Of a stretch of DNA of 64,000 nt, positions 1 to 9,851 are shown piece by piece. The notes under the pieces are model-generated. The model searched no databases and was not told the origin of the DNA. It saw only the letters and a program-made list of their open reading frames with translations. Position 1 is the stretch's first letter. Every line of letters begins with the position of its first letter. Source of the stretch: a virus; IMG/VR virus record IMGVR_UViG_3300018059_000546. The stretch is one strand, 5' to 3'. The position numbers and the translations under genes were made by a program.

Positions 1-574
1 CGCTCATCCCAAGCATCTTAGAAACGCTATGGATGATGATGGGACCCTGAAGCTGGGGAGTTTCTCCCTCGTGGTAGTAGTGTGGATGGCAGTACGCCGC
101 ATCGTGAATGATCGGAATTCCGAGGTTACGGATCTTCTCCATCTCTTCGTCGTCCGGCACAGAACCGTCCGGGTTGTTTGGAGAGACAAGAAGATAAAAC
201 GTTTTCTCAATCGCGTTAGGTTTCAGATGGGAGACCGAGAAGTCGGGTTTGGCGGTCCAACCAACACCATGGTAGTCCAGGATCTCGATGATGGGACCCC
301 AATGTGGAAGACACAGCTCCGCTCGATCGTGCCCGAATTCTTTCATGGCGCGCACTACGACGTTGAGCCCCTGCATCGCTCCGCAGGTCATGACGCAACG
401 GTATCCCGGATGCGCGTCCTCGACCAATCCGATCAGGCTCGGCAATCCCTTCGAGTCGTCGTAGCTCATGTCACGGTCGAAAGTAACGCCCAGAGTGCTG
501 GGGCACTGAAGGTGTTCTACTGCCCGTCGCCTTACGGCGAGCGCGTCACCGATGGTGAGGTCGATGGGGAGCAA
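1..574 (-). CDS. PLP-dependent aminotransferase class I/II (runs off left edge; not in ORF track)
   Basis: Read by hand in the frame antisense to ORF 29..673. TTG start at 574 after AAGGAGG SD. Motifs IDLTIGD, VMTCGAMQGL, VSPNNPDG, IIHDAAY and HSVSKMLGMS (PLP lysine). Confidence 0.85.
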   Translation of the reverse strand, partial: MLPIDLTIGDALAVRRRAVEHLQCPSTLGVTFDRDMSYDDSKGLPSLIGLVEDAHPGYRCVMTCGAMQGLNVVVRAMKEFGHDRAELCLPHWGPIIEILDYHGVGWTAKPDFSVSHLKPNAIEKTFYLLVSPNNPDGSVPDDEEMEKIRNLGIPIIHDAAYCHPHYYHEGETPQLQGPIIIHSVSKMLGMS

Positions 575-587
575 CTGGGAACCTCCT

Positions 588-833
588 TCACCGGGAACTC
601 CCGGCGATCAGCTTCCAGCTCTCAAAAGGCACAGCTTCAAGCACTCCCACCGCCGCTTTCATCGCTTGGATGAAGCTCTCGACGTCTTCTGGAGAGTTGA
701 TGTCTCCCGACGCGACGCGGTCCGATACCATCTGCTGGAGCTCGGCCCGGACGTGTTCACGCAGCACGTAGCTACGGGAGGTCTTAATGACTTCGTCGAA
801 CACCGTTCGTTTCAGCTCGCTGAACTCTTTCAT
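588..833 (-). CDS. hypothetical protein
   Basis: 81-aa ORF on the coding strand, with TACTTA motif 7 nt upstream. Confidence 0.65.
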   Translation of the reverse strand: MKEFSELKRTVFDEVIKTSRSYVLREHVRAELQQMVSDRVASGDINSPEDVESFIQAMKAAVGVLEAVPFESWKLIAGSSR

Positions 834-864
834 ACGAGCTTAAGTACAACATTCAGAGCAGATG

Positions 865-1194
865 TTAAATGGTGTCGTCGCTGGTTAGCGGATACCAATG
901 AGTATCACTCGCGTAGGAATCTCCCTTGAACGAAAACGCATACTCTGTTCCACCAAATTCTGTGGTCAAAGTTGTTGCTCCGTTGACATTTTTCTTTTGG
1001 AATTGAAATACTTCGAGAAGATCTTGCGGAGACACAATTGGTCTTCCAAGAGCTGTTTCTACTTCGTTTCTGAACATTGGCGCATTTTCTGACCAATCGA
1101 TGTAGTCTAAGAGATACTGCAAAATTTCGTTTTTCGGAACGACAGCCTCTAAAATGAGATTTCTTACGAGAACTCTAACTTCTGATATTTTCAT
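865..1194 (-). CDS. hypothetical protein with N-terminal VRxLVRNLILE motif
   Basis: ATGA-coupled to upstream gene; 109 aa. Confidence 0.65.
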   Translation of the reverse strand: MKISEVRVLVRNLILEAVVPKNEILQYLLDYIDWSENAPMFRNEVETALGRPIVSPQDLLEVFQFQKKNVNGATTLTTEFGGTEYAFSFKGDSYASDTHWYPLTSDDTI

Positions 1195-2336
1195 TGTCCG
1201 ACTTTCGAAAGCAGTCCTTGAAGTGTACGAATGTACGCATTGTTGTTACTGACACCCTCGGATTGGGCCTGTTTGATGCCACCTTCGAGGGACTTCTTGT
1301 AAAAAGCTGAGAGAGCCTGCTTCGTGTTGGCGACGACCGTGGCCTCCGCTTGCTGTTTTTCCTGCGGCTGCATCTGACCGAGGTTGGGAGCCTGCACACG
1401 TCCCTGCGCTAACCGCACGATATCATCCACCGATCCCACCGACTGCGCAGCGGCGATGTCCTTGGACAGCTGACCCGTCACACTCGAGAGGATCTTCTGT
1501 CCGTCCGCGCGCATGGCCTGCGCCGTGGGAGACGCAACGATCTCTTTCTTCAGTTCGGGATTGGAGAGGATCTTACGCATCTTTTGCATGATGGCTTGCT
1601 GGGGATCCGCACCTGGTGCAGGAGCAGCAACCTCGGCCTCCAGAATGGGCTCAGAACCCCTCGTTTGGGATTCCCAAGGCATCATGCCCCGATTCGTGTG
1701 AGCCTGCTTACGAAGCCTGTGAGGAACTGCACGATGATACCGAGAAACGCCCTTGAGCTCCATCTCGAGCTCACGAAGGTAGCGGATCGCTTCGAGAAGG
1801 TGCGAACCCGCCCCAACCGCTCCGTCAGTGAAAACTTCGAGCATGTTGGCAACCACGGCGGGGGAACTTTCAATAGTCTTTGCAGTGACCCATGCTGTCG
1901 GGTCATACAGGAAAGCGAGGAAGCGAGCGTCCTTGTTCTTGAACGCTTCGTCATTCGCCTGGTACACTTTCTCATACTTTTTCTTGACTTCCGCGAGAGA
2001 CTTATCCATCTGCTTGAAGATAGCCGAGTAGTTCGTTTCGTACAGCGGAATCAGCGACGAAAGGATGGTTTCTATTGCGACCTGGATAGCAGCCTTCGCA
2101 CGGGTGGCCAGCTCGGTGCCGACACCCTTGGTGGTCTTGAGAACGTCGAGGAACGGATCGATGAAGACGTTCTTCAATGATCCGCCATAGTTCATGAATC
2201 CGTATCCAGCGCCCATCATCATGCCGCCAGCGCCTCCGAGACCGCTGCCTCCACCGGCCATGCCAGAATCTCCAGCTTCCATTTCCACGAGGATATGCCG
2301 AATGGCGGCTCGCAGGCGAGCTCTATCGTCCATCAT
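1191..2336 (-). CDS. hypothetical, probable virion internal protein
   Basis: Start revised to 2336 (ATGA overlap with 2333..2608). N-terminal LRAAIRHILVE followed by a Gly-rich segment. Confidence 0.65.
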   Translation of the reverse strand: MMDDRARLRAAIRHILVEMEAGDSGMAGGGSGLGGAGGMMMGAGYGFMNYGGSLKNVFIDPFLDVLKTTKGVGTELATRAKAAIQVAIETILSSLIPLYETNYSAIFKQMDKSLAEVKKKYEKVYQANDEAFKNKDARFLAFLYDPTAWVTAKTIESSPAVVANMLEVFTDGAVGAGSHLLEAIRYLRELEMELKGVSRYHRAVPHRLRKQAHTNRGMMPWESQTRGSEPILEAEVAAPAPGADPQQAIMQKMRKILSNPELKKEIVASPTAQAMRADGQKILSSVTGQLSKDIAAAQSVGSVDDIVRLAQGRVQAPNLGQMQPQEKQQAEATVVANTKQALSAFYKKSLEGGIKQAQSEGVSNNNAYIRTLQGLLSKVGQ

Positions 2337-2608
2337 AGAGAGTTCCGTTCTTTCCGTTCCCAAAGTTGGATCAACTGAAGTTCGGTACCGGTGTGGGACT
2401 TCCAATACTCAGCGAGCATGCATTCGAAATCGTTCATACGTTGCTCATATGTCTGTCTGTTGCGCGTAGAGAAGTTCGTACGGAGCTGCCAAGGCAAGCT
2501 CTTCATGATTTCCTTCTTCAGGAGAACCCAATCGTTCGTTCTGTCCGCGTAGGTCATGACGAAGTCGACAGTTTCCTTTAATCGAGGGTCGTAGTCTTCG
2601 ATGTGCAT
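2333..2608 (-). CDS. hypothetical protein
   Basis: 91-aa ORF with TACTTA motif upstream. Confidence 0.65.
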   Translation of the reverse strand: MHIEDYDPRLKETVDFVMTYADRTNDWVLLKKEIMKSLPWQLRTNFSTRNRQTYEQRMNDFECMLAEYWKSHTGTELQLIQLWERKERNSL

Positions 2609-2627
2609 ATCGCCACGAATAAGTAGG

Positions 2628-3011
2628 TCAGACCTCGAAGGCCTTGCGCAAACGTTCTACAGCTTCCTGAACTAACGAAATTTGCCTCTTCTCGATCAGG
2701 GGGAGACTTTCGATGGAATGGTAGCCCGTAGCAAGGATCTCACCTTGCTGCGGAACAGGATCTTGTTCAGGATCGAGCGGAAGGGCGAACCATACGGACA
2801 TTCTACCTTCTTCACCCATGAAACCTATGATCTCGACCTCGATAGAAGTTTCCTCGAGGGTCTCTCGAATGGCCGCAGCCTCTGGATCCTCACCCTCTTC
2901 GACCCCGCCTTTCGGGAATCCCCACTCCTCGCCATTCTCTGTGACGAGGAGGATCTGAATGCTATCCTCTCCAAACCTGATCACTGCGCAGCCGCAAACG
3001 TCCTTCGTCAT
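2628..3011 (-). CDS. NUDIX hydrolase
   Basis: Nudix box FPKGGVEEGEDPEAAAIRETLEETSI. Confidence 0.92.
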   Translation of the reverse strand: MTKDVCGCAVIRFGEDSIQILLVTENGEEWGFPKGGVEEGEDPEAAAIRETLEETSIEVEIIGFMGEEGRMSVWFALPLDPEQDPVPQQGEILATGYHSIESLPLIEKRQISLVQEAVERLRKAFEV

Positions 3012-3850
3012 CTAACGGCCTTCCTGTTAACACGCAAGAAATAACGTCCTTGCTTCGAATTAGCACATTCTATATCGTTCTTTCGATGGAATTCAAGAAC
3101 ATCGCGGCTAGGATCGAAAACGCAAATTCCGACGCAGGTTGAGAATTCTCTCTCGAGTGCTTCTTTTTTGAACTCTTCCCTGAAGATTTCTATCGAGCCG
3201 AAAATTCGTTCGATGCTAGAAGTGTGTTTGTCCAAGAGTTCGTCAGTGATCTTGTTTGCGAATTCCCGATCGATCGACGAGAGCTTGAATGCTGTTTCTG
3301 AAGAACTGTAGCTGGTAGCAGCAGATGTTCCCATTCGGGCCACTTGACGGGCACGATCTATTTTCTTCACGTGCCATTTCTCTCCCATAAGAGAAACGTC
3401 CTCTCTACCCCCGAAAGAACAGGAAGCATCTACCACCATAAACAACAAAACGACCTCACCCGCTCCAAGAGGGGGGCCGCGGTACGAACCCTCTATGCGG
3501 GCGATATCAAGAAGAGGTTTGGGAATGGAAACGAAGCTCAGGCTCTCAGGACGGCGATCGAGCAAAAAGCACGCATCAAAAAACTCCTTTTGATCCCAAT
3601 CAAGGATGCGATCAATGACGTCTGCTGCCAAGCGCACATCGAACATTGCGAGAGATGAAACTACAGCTCTAACAAGTTCCGACTTAGTGTGATCGATTTT
3701 GAAACCTATGTGCAGCCAATCGATCCACTGGTCGTTGCCGATAGGATCGTTAAGGTCGAAATTACAGCTGGTGGGAACCAGCGAAACAAGTTCGGCTTTT
3801 TGCGGAGCTGATAACCGAACCGTGCGTTGCCCGATCGTTTCGAATGACAA
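3008..3850 (-). CDS. hypothetical protein, possible degenerate PD-(D/E)xK fold
   Basis: 280 aa; GAGE...REDV...WHVKK pattern is only suggestive. Confidence 0.5.
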   Translation of the reverse strand: MSFETIGQRTVRLSAPQKAELVSLVPTSCNFDLNDPIGNDQWIDWLHIGFKIDHTKSELVRAVVSSLAMFDVRLAADVIDRILDWDQKEFFDACFLLDRRPESLSFVSIPKPLLDIARIEGSYRGPPLGAGEVVLLFMVVDASCSFGGREDVSLMGEKWHVKKIDRARQVARMGTSAATSYSSSETAFKLSSIDREFANKITDELLDKHTSSIERIFGSIEIFREEFKKEALEREFSTCVGICVFDPSRDVLEFHRKNDIECANSKQGRYFLRVNRKAVR

Positions 3851-3862
3851 GCTTTGAACCAG

Positions 3863-4063
3863 TCATCCCTTCACGACTTCTAAGGAGAGCATCTCGGTAG
3901 ATTGCATGAGATGTTCTTGGATGAATTCTTTGATCTCTTCATCCGTCACATCGGCATACGCATCGCGACCAAGCGCGATGGCAATCTTTCTTTCGAGCTC
4001 GTCCTGGACCTCTATCGTCCAGCGAGTCGCAGACAGGCCGGTTTCAATTTCGATAGTTCTCAT
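3863..4063 (-). CDS. hypothetical protein
   Basis: 66-aa acidic ORF in operon position. Confidence 0.6.
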   Translation of the reverse strand: MRTIEIETGLSATRWTIEVQDELERKIAIALGRDAYADVTDEEIKEFIQEHLMQSTEMLSLEVVKG

Positions 4064-4066
4064 TTG

Positions 4067-4786
4067 TCAACGTACCTTAGCAGTTATCGGGATAGGAGCA
4101 GCGTCCATACCCATTTGAGGGTTGGAAGGAGCGGGCTGTCTATGGATAATATTCGGCTTAATCGTCTTTATCACCTTTTTAGTGGGTGCAGGCGGAGGAG
4201 CCGGAGGTGCGGGTGGAGGCGCTTGCGGAACCGCCTCAGGTTCGGCGTTCGCCGGATTCGGAGGTGTGGGCCCGGGCGGTGGTTCTTCAGCAGGAGGAGG
4301 TTCGGCGCCTTCGGCGGGCGATGCTGCCGCTCCTGGTTCTGCAGGAACTCCAGGAGCGGCAGCAGGAGCTCCGACGTCCGAAGGAGACACTGGGCTGTAG
4401 CCGGTGAATTCTCCAGAAACGATCTGGGAAATTCCCTTCATGAACGCATACAGAGCAACCTTCTCATCGTCGGAAAGTTTTTCGAAGTACGTCATCATCT
4501 GTTGCTTGATGGCCTTGTCCTTAAAGGACCGCCCCGCGCGGATGGCATTGAATTTGTCGATCACCATTTCCATGGTGATTGAACCCTTTTGAATGTCTTC
4601 TGTCGCTTCCTGAGAAACGTCGGTCGTCATCGCGGTGGGATCGACCGCACCCATATCCTGGTTCGGGTCGACAGTCGTCGCGCCGGGCAGATTTGGATCT
4701 GCCTCGTGCAAGAACGAGATTTTTTGCTCCTGCATCCTCCGAAGATGATGCAGGTAGTTTGACACGTCCTGCTTCTTCGTATTCAA
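4067..4786 (-). CDS. Pro/Ala-rich hypothetical protein
   Basis: Likely TTG start at 4786; helical core (IDKFNAIRAGRSFKD) plus long proline-rich low-complexity tail. Confidence 0.65.
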   Translation of the reverse strand: MNTKKQDVSNYLHHLRRMQEQKISFLHEADPNLPGATTVDPNQDMGAVDPTAMTTDVSQEATEDIQKGSITMEMVIDKFNAIRAGRSFKDKAIKQQMMTYFEKLSDDEKVALYAFMKGISQIVSGEFTGYSPVSPSDVGAPAAAPGVPAEPGAAASPAEGAEPPPAEEPPPGPTPPNPANAEPEAVPQAPPPAPPAPPPAPTKKVIKTIKPNIIHRQPAPSNPQMGMDAAPIPITAKVR

Positions 4787-4787
4787 G

Positions 4788-5249
4788 TTATCTCTTCCAA
4801 ACGATTCGGTTGTGAGCCTTCTCACCGTAACGTTTCGCATGCAGCATGCCCGGAGAATCGGGCTGCTCGGCGATCGACTCTTTACGGCCTTCGCTGATGA
4901 GAATGCCCGTCATAAAACGATCCCAGCCTTCGGTCTGAACCGGATCCTTGACGGTGTCCGGAGCGTCTTCGCCGTCGTCGCGCTTGGTATCGGGAGCGTC
5001 ATCAGGACCCTCCTTGACAGCTCCACCCTTGAGTTCGGTGCGCTTCGCGGCTTCGGCCGAATCGTCGCCCTTGGGACCGCCATGGTTCCACATCTTCTCG
5101 TCGCAAGAAACGGGAAGTTCATCAAGCTCAGTAAGATGCTTAACGACATGACGCGCCTGCGTCTCAGTAAGTCCCGCGCGGTGAAGCCGGAGTACGGCTG
5201 ACCCGATCTCTGCCACAGCGAGATCTACCTGTTCGTGATTAATCTTCAT
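4788..5249 (-). CDS. hypothetical acidic protein
   Basis: ATG at 5249 with GGAG SD and TAGTTA motif. Confidence 0.6.
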   Translation of the reverse strand: MKINHEQVDLAVAEIGSAVLRLHRAGLTETQARHVVKHLTELDELPVSCDEKMWNHGGPKGDDSAEAAKRTELKGGAVKEGPDDAPDTKRDDGEDAPDTVKDPVQTEGWDRFMTGILISEGRKESIAEQPDSPGMLHAKRYGEKAHNRIVWKR

Positions 5250-5269
5250 AGTGAATGCTCCGTTGATAA

Positions 5270-5695
5270 CTATTCGCCCATTTCTAACTTGACGATATTG
5301 GGATGGCTTACGTCCAGAATGAGAGAACATGTTTTAGAGTCCTCTTCTGAGCAGGAAACGTGTTCTACGGTGGCAGCGTGCATGGTGATCGTGCAAACAT
5401 CGGTCTTCAGAACAAGACTCTGGAAATGACCAGTAAGAATGTCAGAAACCACTCGTTTGGGGACTTGCCCCAAGGAAATCGTGCACTTGGTGGCAAAATG
5501 AACCTGCGGTTTTGTGAGATCGATGGAGTACAACCGAACCCTCACCGACGAACTTTCTCCTGCAGATTCATTAATCACAGAGAACTCGTGCAGCAGATCT
5601 TCCAAGGCAATAGGGAGGTCATTTTCATCCCCATAGGACGTTCCCATAGAAAATCCTTCGCTGATCATCTCAACGGGCGGTTCGTTTACGATCAA
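5270..5695 (-). CDS. hypothetical protein
   Basis: ATGA-coupled 141-aa ORF. Confidence 0.6.
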   Translation of the reverse strand: MIVNEPPVEMISEGFSMGTSYGDENDLPIALEDLLHEFSVINESAGESSSVRVRLYSIDLTKPQVHFATKCTISLGQVPKRVVSDILTGHFQSLVLKTDVCTITMHAATVEHVSCSEEDSKTCSLILDVSHPNIVKLEMGE

Positions 5696-6057
5696 AGCTT
5701 CCTGCCGCTAACGCAGTACACGACATCTCTCCACAGCGAATCCATCATTTTCGCCCTTTGTTTATCTAGGTCGATCAAAAGACCACCCTGTGTACCGAGT
5801 TCGACTTTGACAAGAAGCCCGTCGATTGTGGTGCGAGAATGGCGTGCGCCGGACTGAGAATCTTGTTGGAAGCAGGTGTAGAGGAACGCGTTGCGTTCTT
5901 CCATGGTCGAGAACTCGTAGGTCTTTCGCAGGATCTTTTCATCCGTAAGTTCCCAATGACCTCTCGAACTTCTAACAGGCGGAGCAGTGACATTCACGGG
6001 CAGTTTTATACCCATGTAAGCGTTCATGATTTCCGTAAGAAGTTTCTTTTCGCTCAT
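5692..6057 (-). CDS. pterin-4a-carbinolamine dehydratase-like protein (degenerate active site)
   Basis: W...LRKTYEF...F...H...VKVELGT..G...LD..AKMMD matches the PCD layout; the HHP and THD motifs are altered. Confidence 0.6.
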   Translation of the reverse strand: MSEKKLLTEIMNAYMGIKLPVNVTAPPVRSSRGHWELTDEKILRKTYEFSTMEERNAFLYTCFQQDSQSGARHSRTTIDGLLVKVELGTQGGLLIDLDKQRAKMMDSLWRDVVYCVSGRKL

Positions 6058-6068
6058 GCGTTCTCCGC

Positions 6069-7415
6069 TTAGCGAGTGGTTCTCTTCATACGATGGAAGA
6101 TGCTGCTCTTATCTTTGTCCTTGGCAGCATCAGCGTGAGAAACCGCGTAGCCATCGACTTCCATCTCGTATTCGAGGCGCTGGTTCAAGAAATCTCTGAA
6201 CCCGTCTAAACCTTGAATCGCCTTACGAATCGCACCGGATTCATCATCCATCTCGCGGGAGGTCTGTTCACCATCGTCATCCTTTTCGAACATCGACGCC
6301 GAGCGGAGATCCATGACCTCTCCCATGCTAAGGAGGGGTTTGCCCTGTTCATCCTTCTCTGCACCCTGCGTGATGAGGAAGTTGATGTACTTGTCCGTCG
6401 CATCATCGTAGAACTCTTGGAACCCGTTCGGTCCGAGGTACTCTCCGATGTACTGCAGTTTGCGGGCGCCGATGGCCGCTGCGCCGTGCGCAGCTCCCTT
6501 GCTGATTCCGAGCGTGGTACCGATATCTTCCCACTTCATTTCTCCGCCGACTGCGTCGGTGGGTCTTTTGGGAGCGTCATCTATGGCAGCTGCTGCCTTA
6601 TCGACCTGGTCAACGATATCGTCCCTTCCTCGGAACTTATCCATTTCGCTGCCGCGGGCATCGGGTTCCCAAGCAGATCCTGCGATCTCCTTTTCGAGGT
6701 CTTCCCATGTCTGATACTCGGGATCCTCTCCGATGTCAGGGTACCCTTGGTTTTTGAGATACTCTTCGGGATAGGGATCGTCTGCCGGATCGGTCTCCGC
6801 AGAACCTGGATCATCGAGTGAGACGTCGTCACTATCCCAATCGTCGCCGACCGTAGGATCCTCGACATCCTTCTCAACTTCTCCGGGGAGGTTAGCAATT
6901 CCTTGACGGTACGGAGGGCGATAGCGGGATCCTCCGGGTCGGAACATGGCAAGAACCTTGTCTCCATCCGAAGAATCTTCGTCGGATTCCGAAACGATCG
7001 ACTTGATCAGTTTTCGAACTTCTGCACGGATCTTGCTCATCTGGTCAGCGGGAGGATTGTGGTTCGACATAGTATTAACATCCTGGGAGTTGGCATCGTC
7101 ATGGGGACAGGGCGAAGATTCCAATTCCGCGGGCACGAAATCTGAAACGAGTTCTCGAAGTTTAAGAAACAATGTCGGAAGGTGATCGTTTTCAACACCA
7201 TCTACGAGCTCTTTAACTGCCAACTCGAACTCGTGTTTATCGGTCGGAACCCTCATGACTCGAACGGGCTGGAGGCCCATTTTTGTCACTATCGGTTCTG
7301 CAAGTGGACTTGGGATGATCGGAAAATTACCGTCTCCATCCAGAGTTGGATACCCGCCGCCACCCAGAGCTTCCTGCACCATTTCACGGATCGAAGCTTC
7401 GCTCAGAAAAACCAT
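6069..7415 (-). CDS. acidic hypothetical, probable virion internal protein
   Basis: Start revised to ATG 7415 (GGAG SD, TATTTA motif); motifs IREMVQEAL and VRKLIKSIVSE. Confidence 0.65.
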   Translation of the reverse strand: MVFLSEASIREMVQEALGGGGYPTLDGDGNFPIIPSPLAEPIVTKMGLQPVRVMRVPTDKHEFELAVKELVDGVENDHLPTLFLKLRELVSDFVPAELESSPCPHDDANSQDVNTMSNHNPPADQMSKIRAEVRKLIKSIVSESDEDSSDGDKVLAMFRPGGSRYRPPYRQGIANLPGEVEKDVEDPTVGDDWDSDDVSLDDPGSAETDPADDPYPEEYLKNQGYPDIGEDPEYQTWEDLEKEIAGSAWEPDARGSEMDKFRGRDDIVDQVDKAAAAIDDAPKRPTDAVGGEMKWEDIGTTLGISKGAAHGAAAIGARKLQYIGEYLGPNGFQEFYDDATDKYINFLITQGAEKDEQGKPLLSMGEVMDLRSASMFEKDDDGEQTSREMDDESGAIRKAIQGLDGFRDFLNQRLEYEMEVDGYAVSHADAAKDKDKSSIFHRMKRTTR

Positions 7416-7467
7416 TAATACTCCGCCGGTGATAAATAGGATGTTTATCAGCGTTGTCCTCAGATGT

Positions 7468-7836
7468 TCAGGGAAGCCGTGGATCGGAAGGAAGTTGGAT
7501 CCCGATGATTCCCGTTTCCGCACCTTCTGGTGCGATGGGATTGGCAGCGATTTGCGCTTGGGTGATACCATTCGCTCCGTCTGACCACTTTCTTCCGAAG
7601 TACAAGCTCAAGATCGGAACGAGGTAGACGCTGCAGGCGCCCACGTCGAAGGATCGAATTTCTACCGGTCCGATCTTGCTAAAGAGCGAGAGGATGAATG
7701 CGATCGTTGTCACGGCGAAAGAAACGATCAGCAGGGTGACGCTGACCGATCGATGACCGGATGCGTCTCGGATCCATATGCTGCGGGATGTGATCTGCTT
7801 CTTGACGAGTTTTTGTGCTGAATTGGTAGCGCTCAT
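7468..7836 (-). CDS. small two-TM membrane protein, holin-like
   Basis: Two hydrophobic segments (SVTLLIVSFAVTTIAFILSLF; VYLVPILSLYFGRK). Confidence 0.5.
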   Translation of the reverse strand: MSATNSAQKLVKKQITSRSIWIRDASGHRSVSVTLLIVSFAVTTIAFILSLFSKIGPVEIRSFDVGACSVYLVPILSLYFGRKWSDGANGITQAQIAANPIAPEGAETGIIGIQLPSDPRLP

Positions 7837-8357
7837 TTTGTTTCCTCCACGACCTCGAACATTTTCTTAATGTGGCCTCTCCAGCTGAGATCGTAAACCC
7901 ATCCCCAGTATTGTACGATCTGTCCAGAGTCAGTCAGGAACCAATGCCGCTCCTTCGCAGCTTCGAAATCTTCGGTGACACCCAGATAGACGAAGATCGA
8001 CCCCGGCAGGTGCATCGTATGGTTTTTTTCGTCCTTGCCCCACATGAACAAAGAGTTCTTGAGCCGCATCGTGCCCATGCTAAACCACTCCGTCCCCGGC
8101 CGAATGCCCTCTGTGAGGTCAGTGTAGCTTGGGGTGCCGAATCTATCAATGCTGATTTCTCCGCACGGATTTATTCCTGCAGTTCCAAGCGGGTAGGGAT
8201 AGTACGTGGCTGAGTGAAGCATCGGAATGTTGACGTAGGGCAAAGAAGTCGTGGTCGTGTTGGTTGTCCATACGGTCGGAATCGTGATCGTATTCGTTGT
8301 GGTTACGGTAGTAGCGTCGGAGTACGACGGCCAACCAGGAGGTCCGTAGTGGCTCAT
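7833..8357 (-). CDS. hypothetical protein, Thr-rich N-terminus
   Basis: ATGA-coupled on both sides. Confidence 0.6.
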   Translation of the reverse strand: MSHYGPPGWPSYSDATTVTTTNTITIPTVWTTNTTTTSLPYVNIPMLHSATYYPYPLGTAGINPCGEISIDRFGTPSYTDLTEGIRPGTEWFSMGTMRLKNSLFMWGKDEKNHTMHLPGSIFVYLGVTEDFEAAKERHWFLTDSGQIVQYWGWVYDLSWRGHIKKMFEVVEETK

Positions 8358-8866
8358 TTGTTGCTATTTCCCACGAGAACCACAGTGGATAGAACGGCTA
8401 CGACGACAGCAGTGGTTCCCGCACCGACGAGAAACCATGTTAGAGGGCTAGGCTTATTTGATTCAGATTTCACGAGATCCTTTTCGAGTTGGAAAATTCG
8501 ATTGTCTCGGATCGTCAATCGTTCTCCTTCAGATTTTTTTCCCGCGTCCAATTCTACCTGCAATCCTCTAATCTGAGCCTGATCCCGAATCATCTGCAAC
8601 TCGGTGGCTCGTACAGCAGCGAGTTCTGCTTCCTTTTGGGCTAGAGCCTGCTTGGCCAGGAGTTCTGCCACCGCGCGCGGCGAAAGAAGGATGCCCGTGA
8701 ATGGTACGAGACTGTCCTTTTTGACAACCGTCAAAACATTGCCCGGATCTTTTTCTCCCAGGGGCTGTGAAATAGTTGGGACAGTTTGATCACCATCCGC
8801 ATACGCACGCGTGGGCGCGAAGAGACAGACGCAAAGAAGCACTGAAATGAAACGTTTGATGTTCAT
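8354..8866 (-). CDS. exported coiled-coil protein with C-terminal TM (spanin-like)
   Basis: Signal peptide ending AYA, coiled coil, C-terminal hydrophobic helix. Confidence 0.5.
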   Translation of the reverse strand: MNIKRFISVLLCVCLFAPTRAYADGDQTVPTISQPLGEKDPGNVLTVVKKDSLVPFTGILLSPRAVAELLAKQALAQKEAELAAVRATELQMIRDQAQIRGLQVELDAGKKSEGERLTIRDNRIFQLEKDLVKSESNKPSPLTWFLVGAGTTAVVVAVLSTVVLVGNSNK

Positions 8867-8871
8867 AAGTT

Positions 8872-9261
8872 TTAGTTGTCCAGTTTCGTGGAGCCCGTGA
8901 GGAGCGCGAGCTGCCTCGCAAGTTCCTCCGGGTCGCCGGCGGTATTCTTCATGATCTCGTCAGCCTTCGCCTGTTGCTCAGCTTCGAGAGCCCTTTTTGC
9001 AGCATCGAACTTCTTGTTAGCAGCATCGAGCTGCTTCTGCTCGTCCGCCACGATCTGCTTCTTAGCATCGGCGATCGATTGATCCTTTTTCTTGATGGAT
9101 TCAAGATCCTTCTTGTGATCGTCGTTGATGCCTTCGATCAGCTTGCCCAGGTCCACATCGCTCCGCTTGAAGAGCAAGTATCCGACGATCGTTCCTGCAA
9201 TAGCCAGTACGTAGAGACCATATTTTTTGACATACGTCCAGAATATTTTCAATGCAATCAT
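8872..9261 (-). CDS. N-terminal TM plus coiled-coil protein (i-spanin-like)
   Basis: YVLAIAGTIVGYLLF TM followed by an AKK/EQ-rich coiled coil. Confidence 0.5.
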   Translation of the reverse strand: MIALKIFWTYVKKYGLYVLAIAGTIVGYLLFKRSDVDLGKLIEGINDDHKKDLESIKKKDQSIADAKKQIVADEQKQLDAANKKFDAAKRALEAEQQAKADEIMKNTAGDPEELARQLALLTGSTKLDN

Positions 9262-9848
9262 TTTCGATTTCGTTTCTTTGCAGAATCAGACATCTTTTTT
9301 CGAGTCTCATCTGACACGATTTTTCCTCGTAGGGACTTCGACAAACTTTCTCTATGTTCTACAGAAAATCTCTTCCCTAGACAAGGAGGAGTTTGTTTCT
9401 TTCTCGCAGCTTTAATTTTAGCTATCGTTTGCGATGTATTTCTAATTCGATATTTTCGTTTCTTTTGTGCTCGAGATGTTTGTTGGGCTATAGACATGCG
9501 TTGTTTACTCTCTGTAGAATAACGTTTTGCACGAAGTTTTTGAATTGTCTTTTCAGATGCTTTTCGGCCACTACAACCGTCACCACCCAAAGTGAAATTA
9601 CACTCTACACCGTTTTTCCAATCAGTTGTAAATGTTCCAAAAAATTCAACGAGCTGGATCTCGTAGGCAAGCGCTTCAGATTCAGAACTTGTACTCCAGA
9701 TAGTTTCTCGTCGAAAACCATAGTTCTTGGCAATTCTGGTGTGCTTTCGATTTCGACGAAGCCCTGCAACTCTGCTACAGATGCCTTTCCCCACATAAAA
9801 GGGACGAGGAGCGGCTTCTAACGTCCAATCGACATAGACGAAGAACAC
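9258..9848 (-). mobile_element. GIY-YIG homing endonuclease with NUMOD3-like repeats
   Basis: FVY...FYVGKG...R...E...NFTLGGDG; repeated SxET(R/K)xK(M/L)S; AT-rich. Confidence 0.85.
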
Positions 9849-9851
9849 AAC

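Noticed and set aside
4180-4400. GC-rich repetitive stretch
   Set aside because: Explained by Pro/Ala-rich low-complexity coding sequence.
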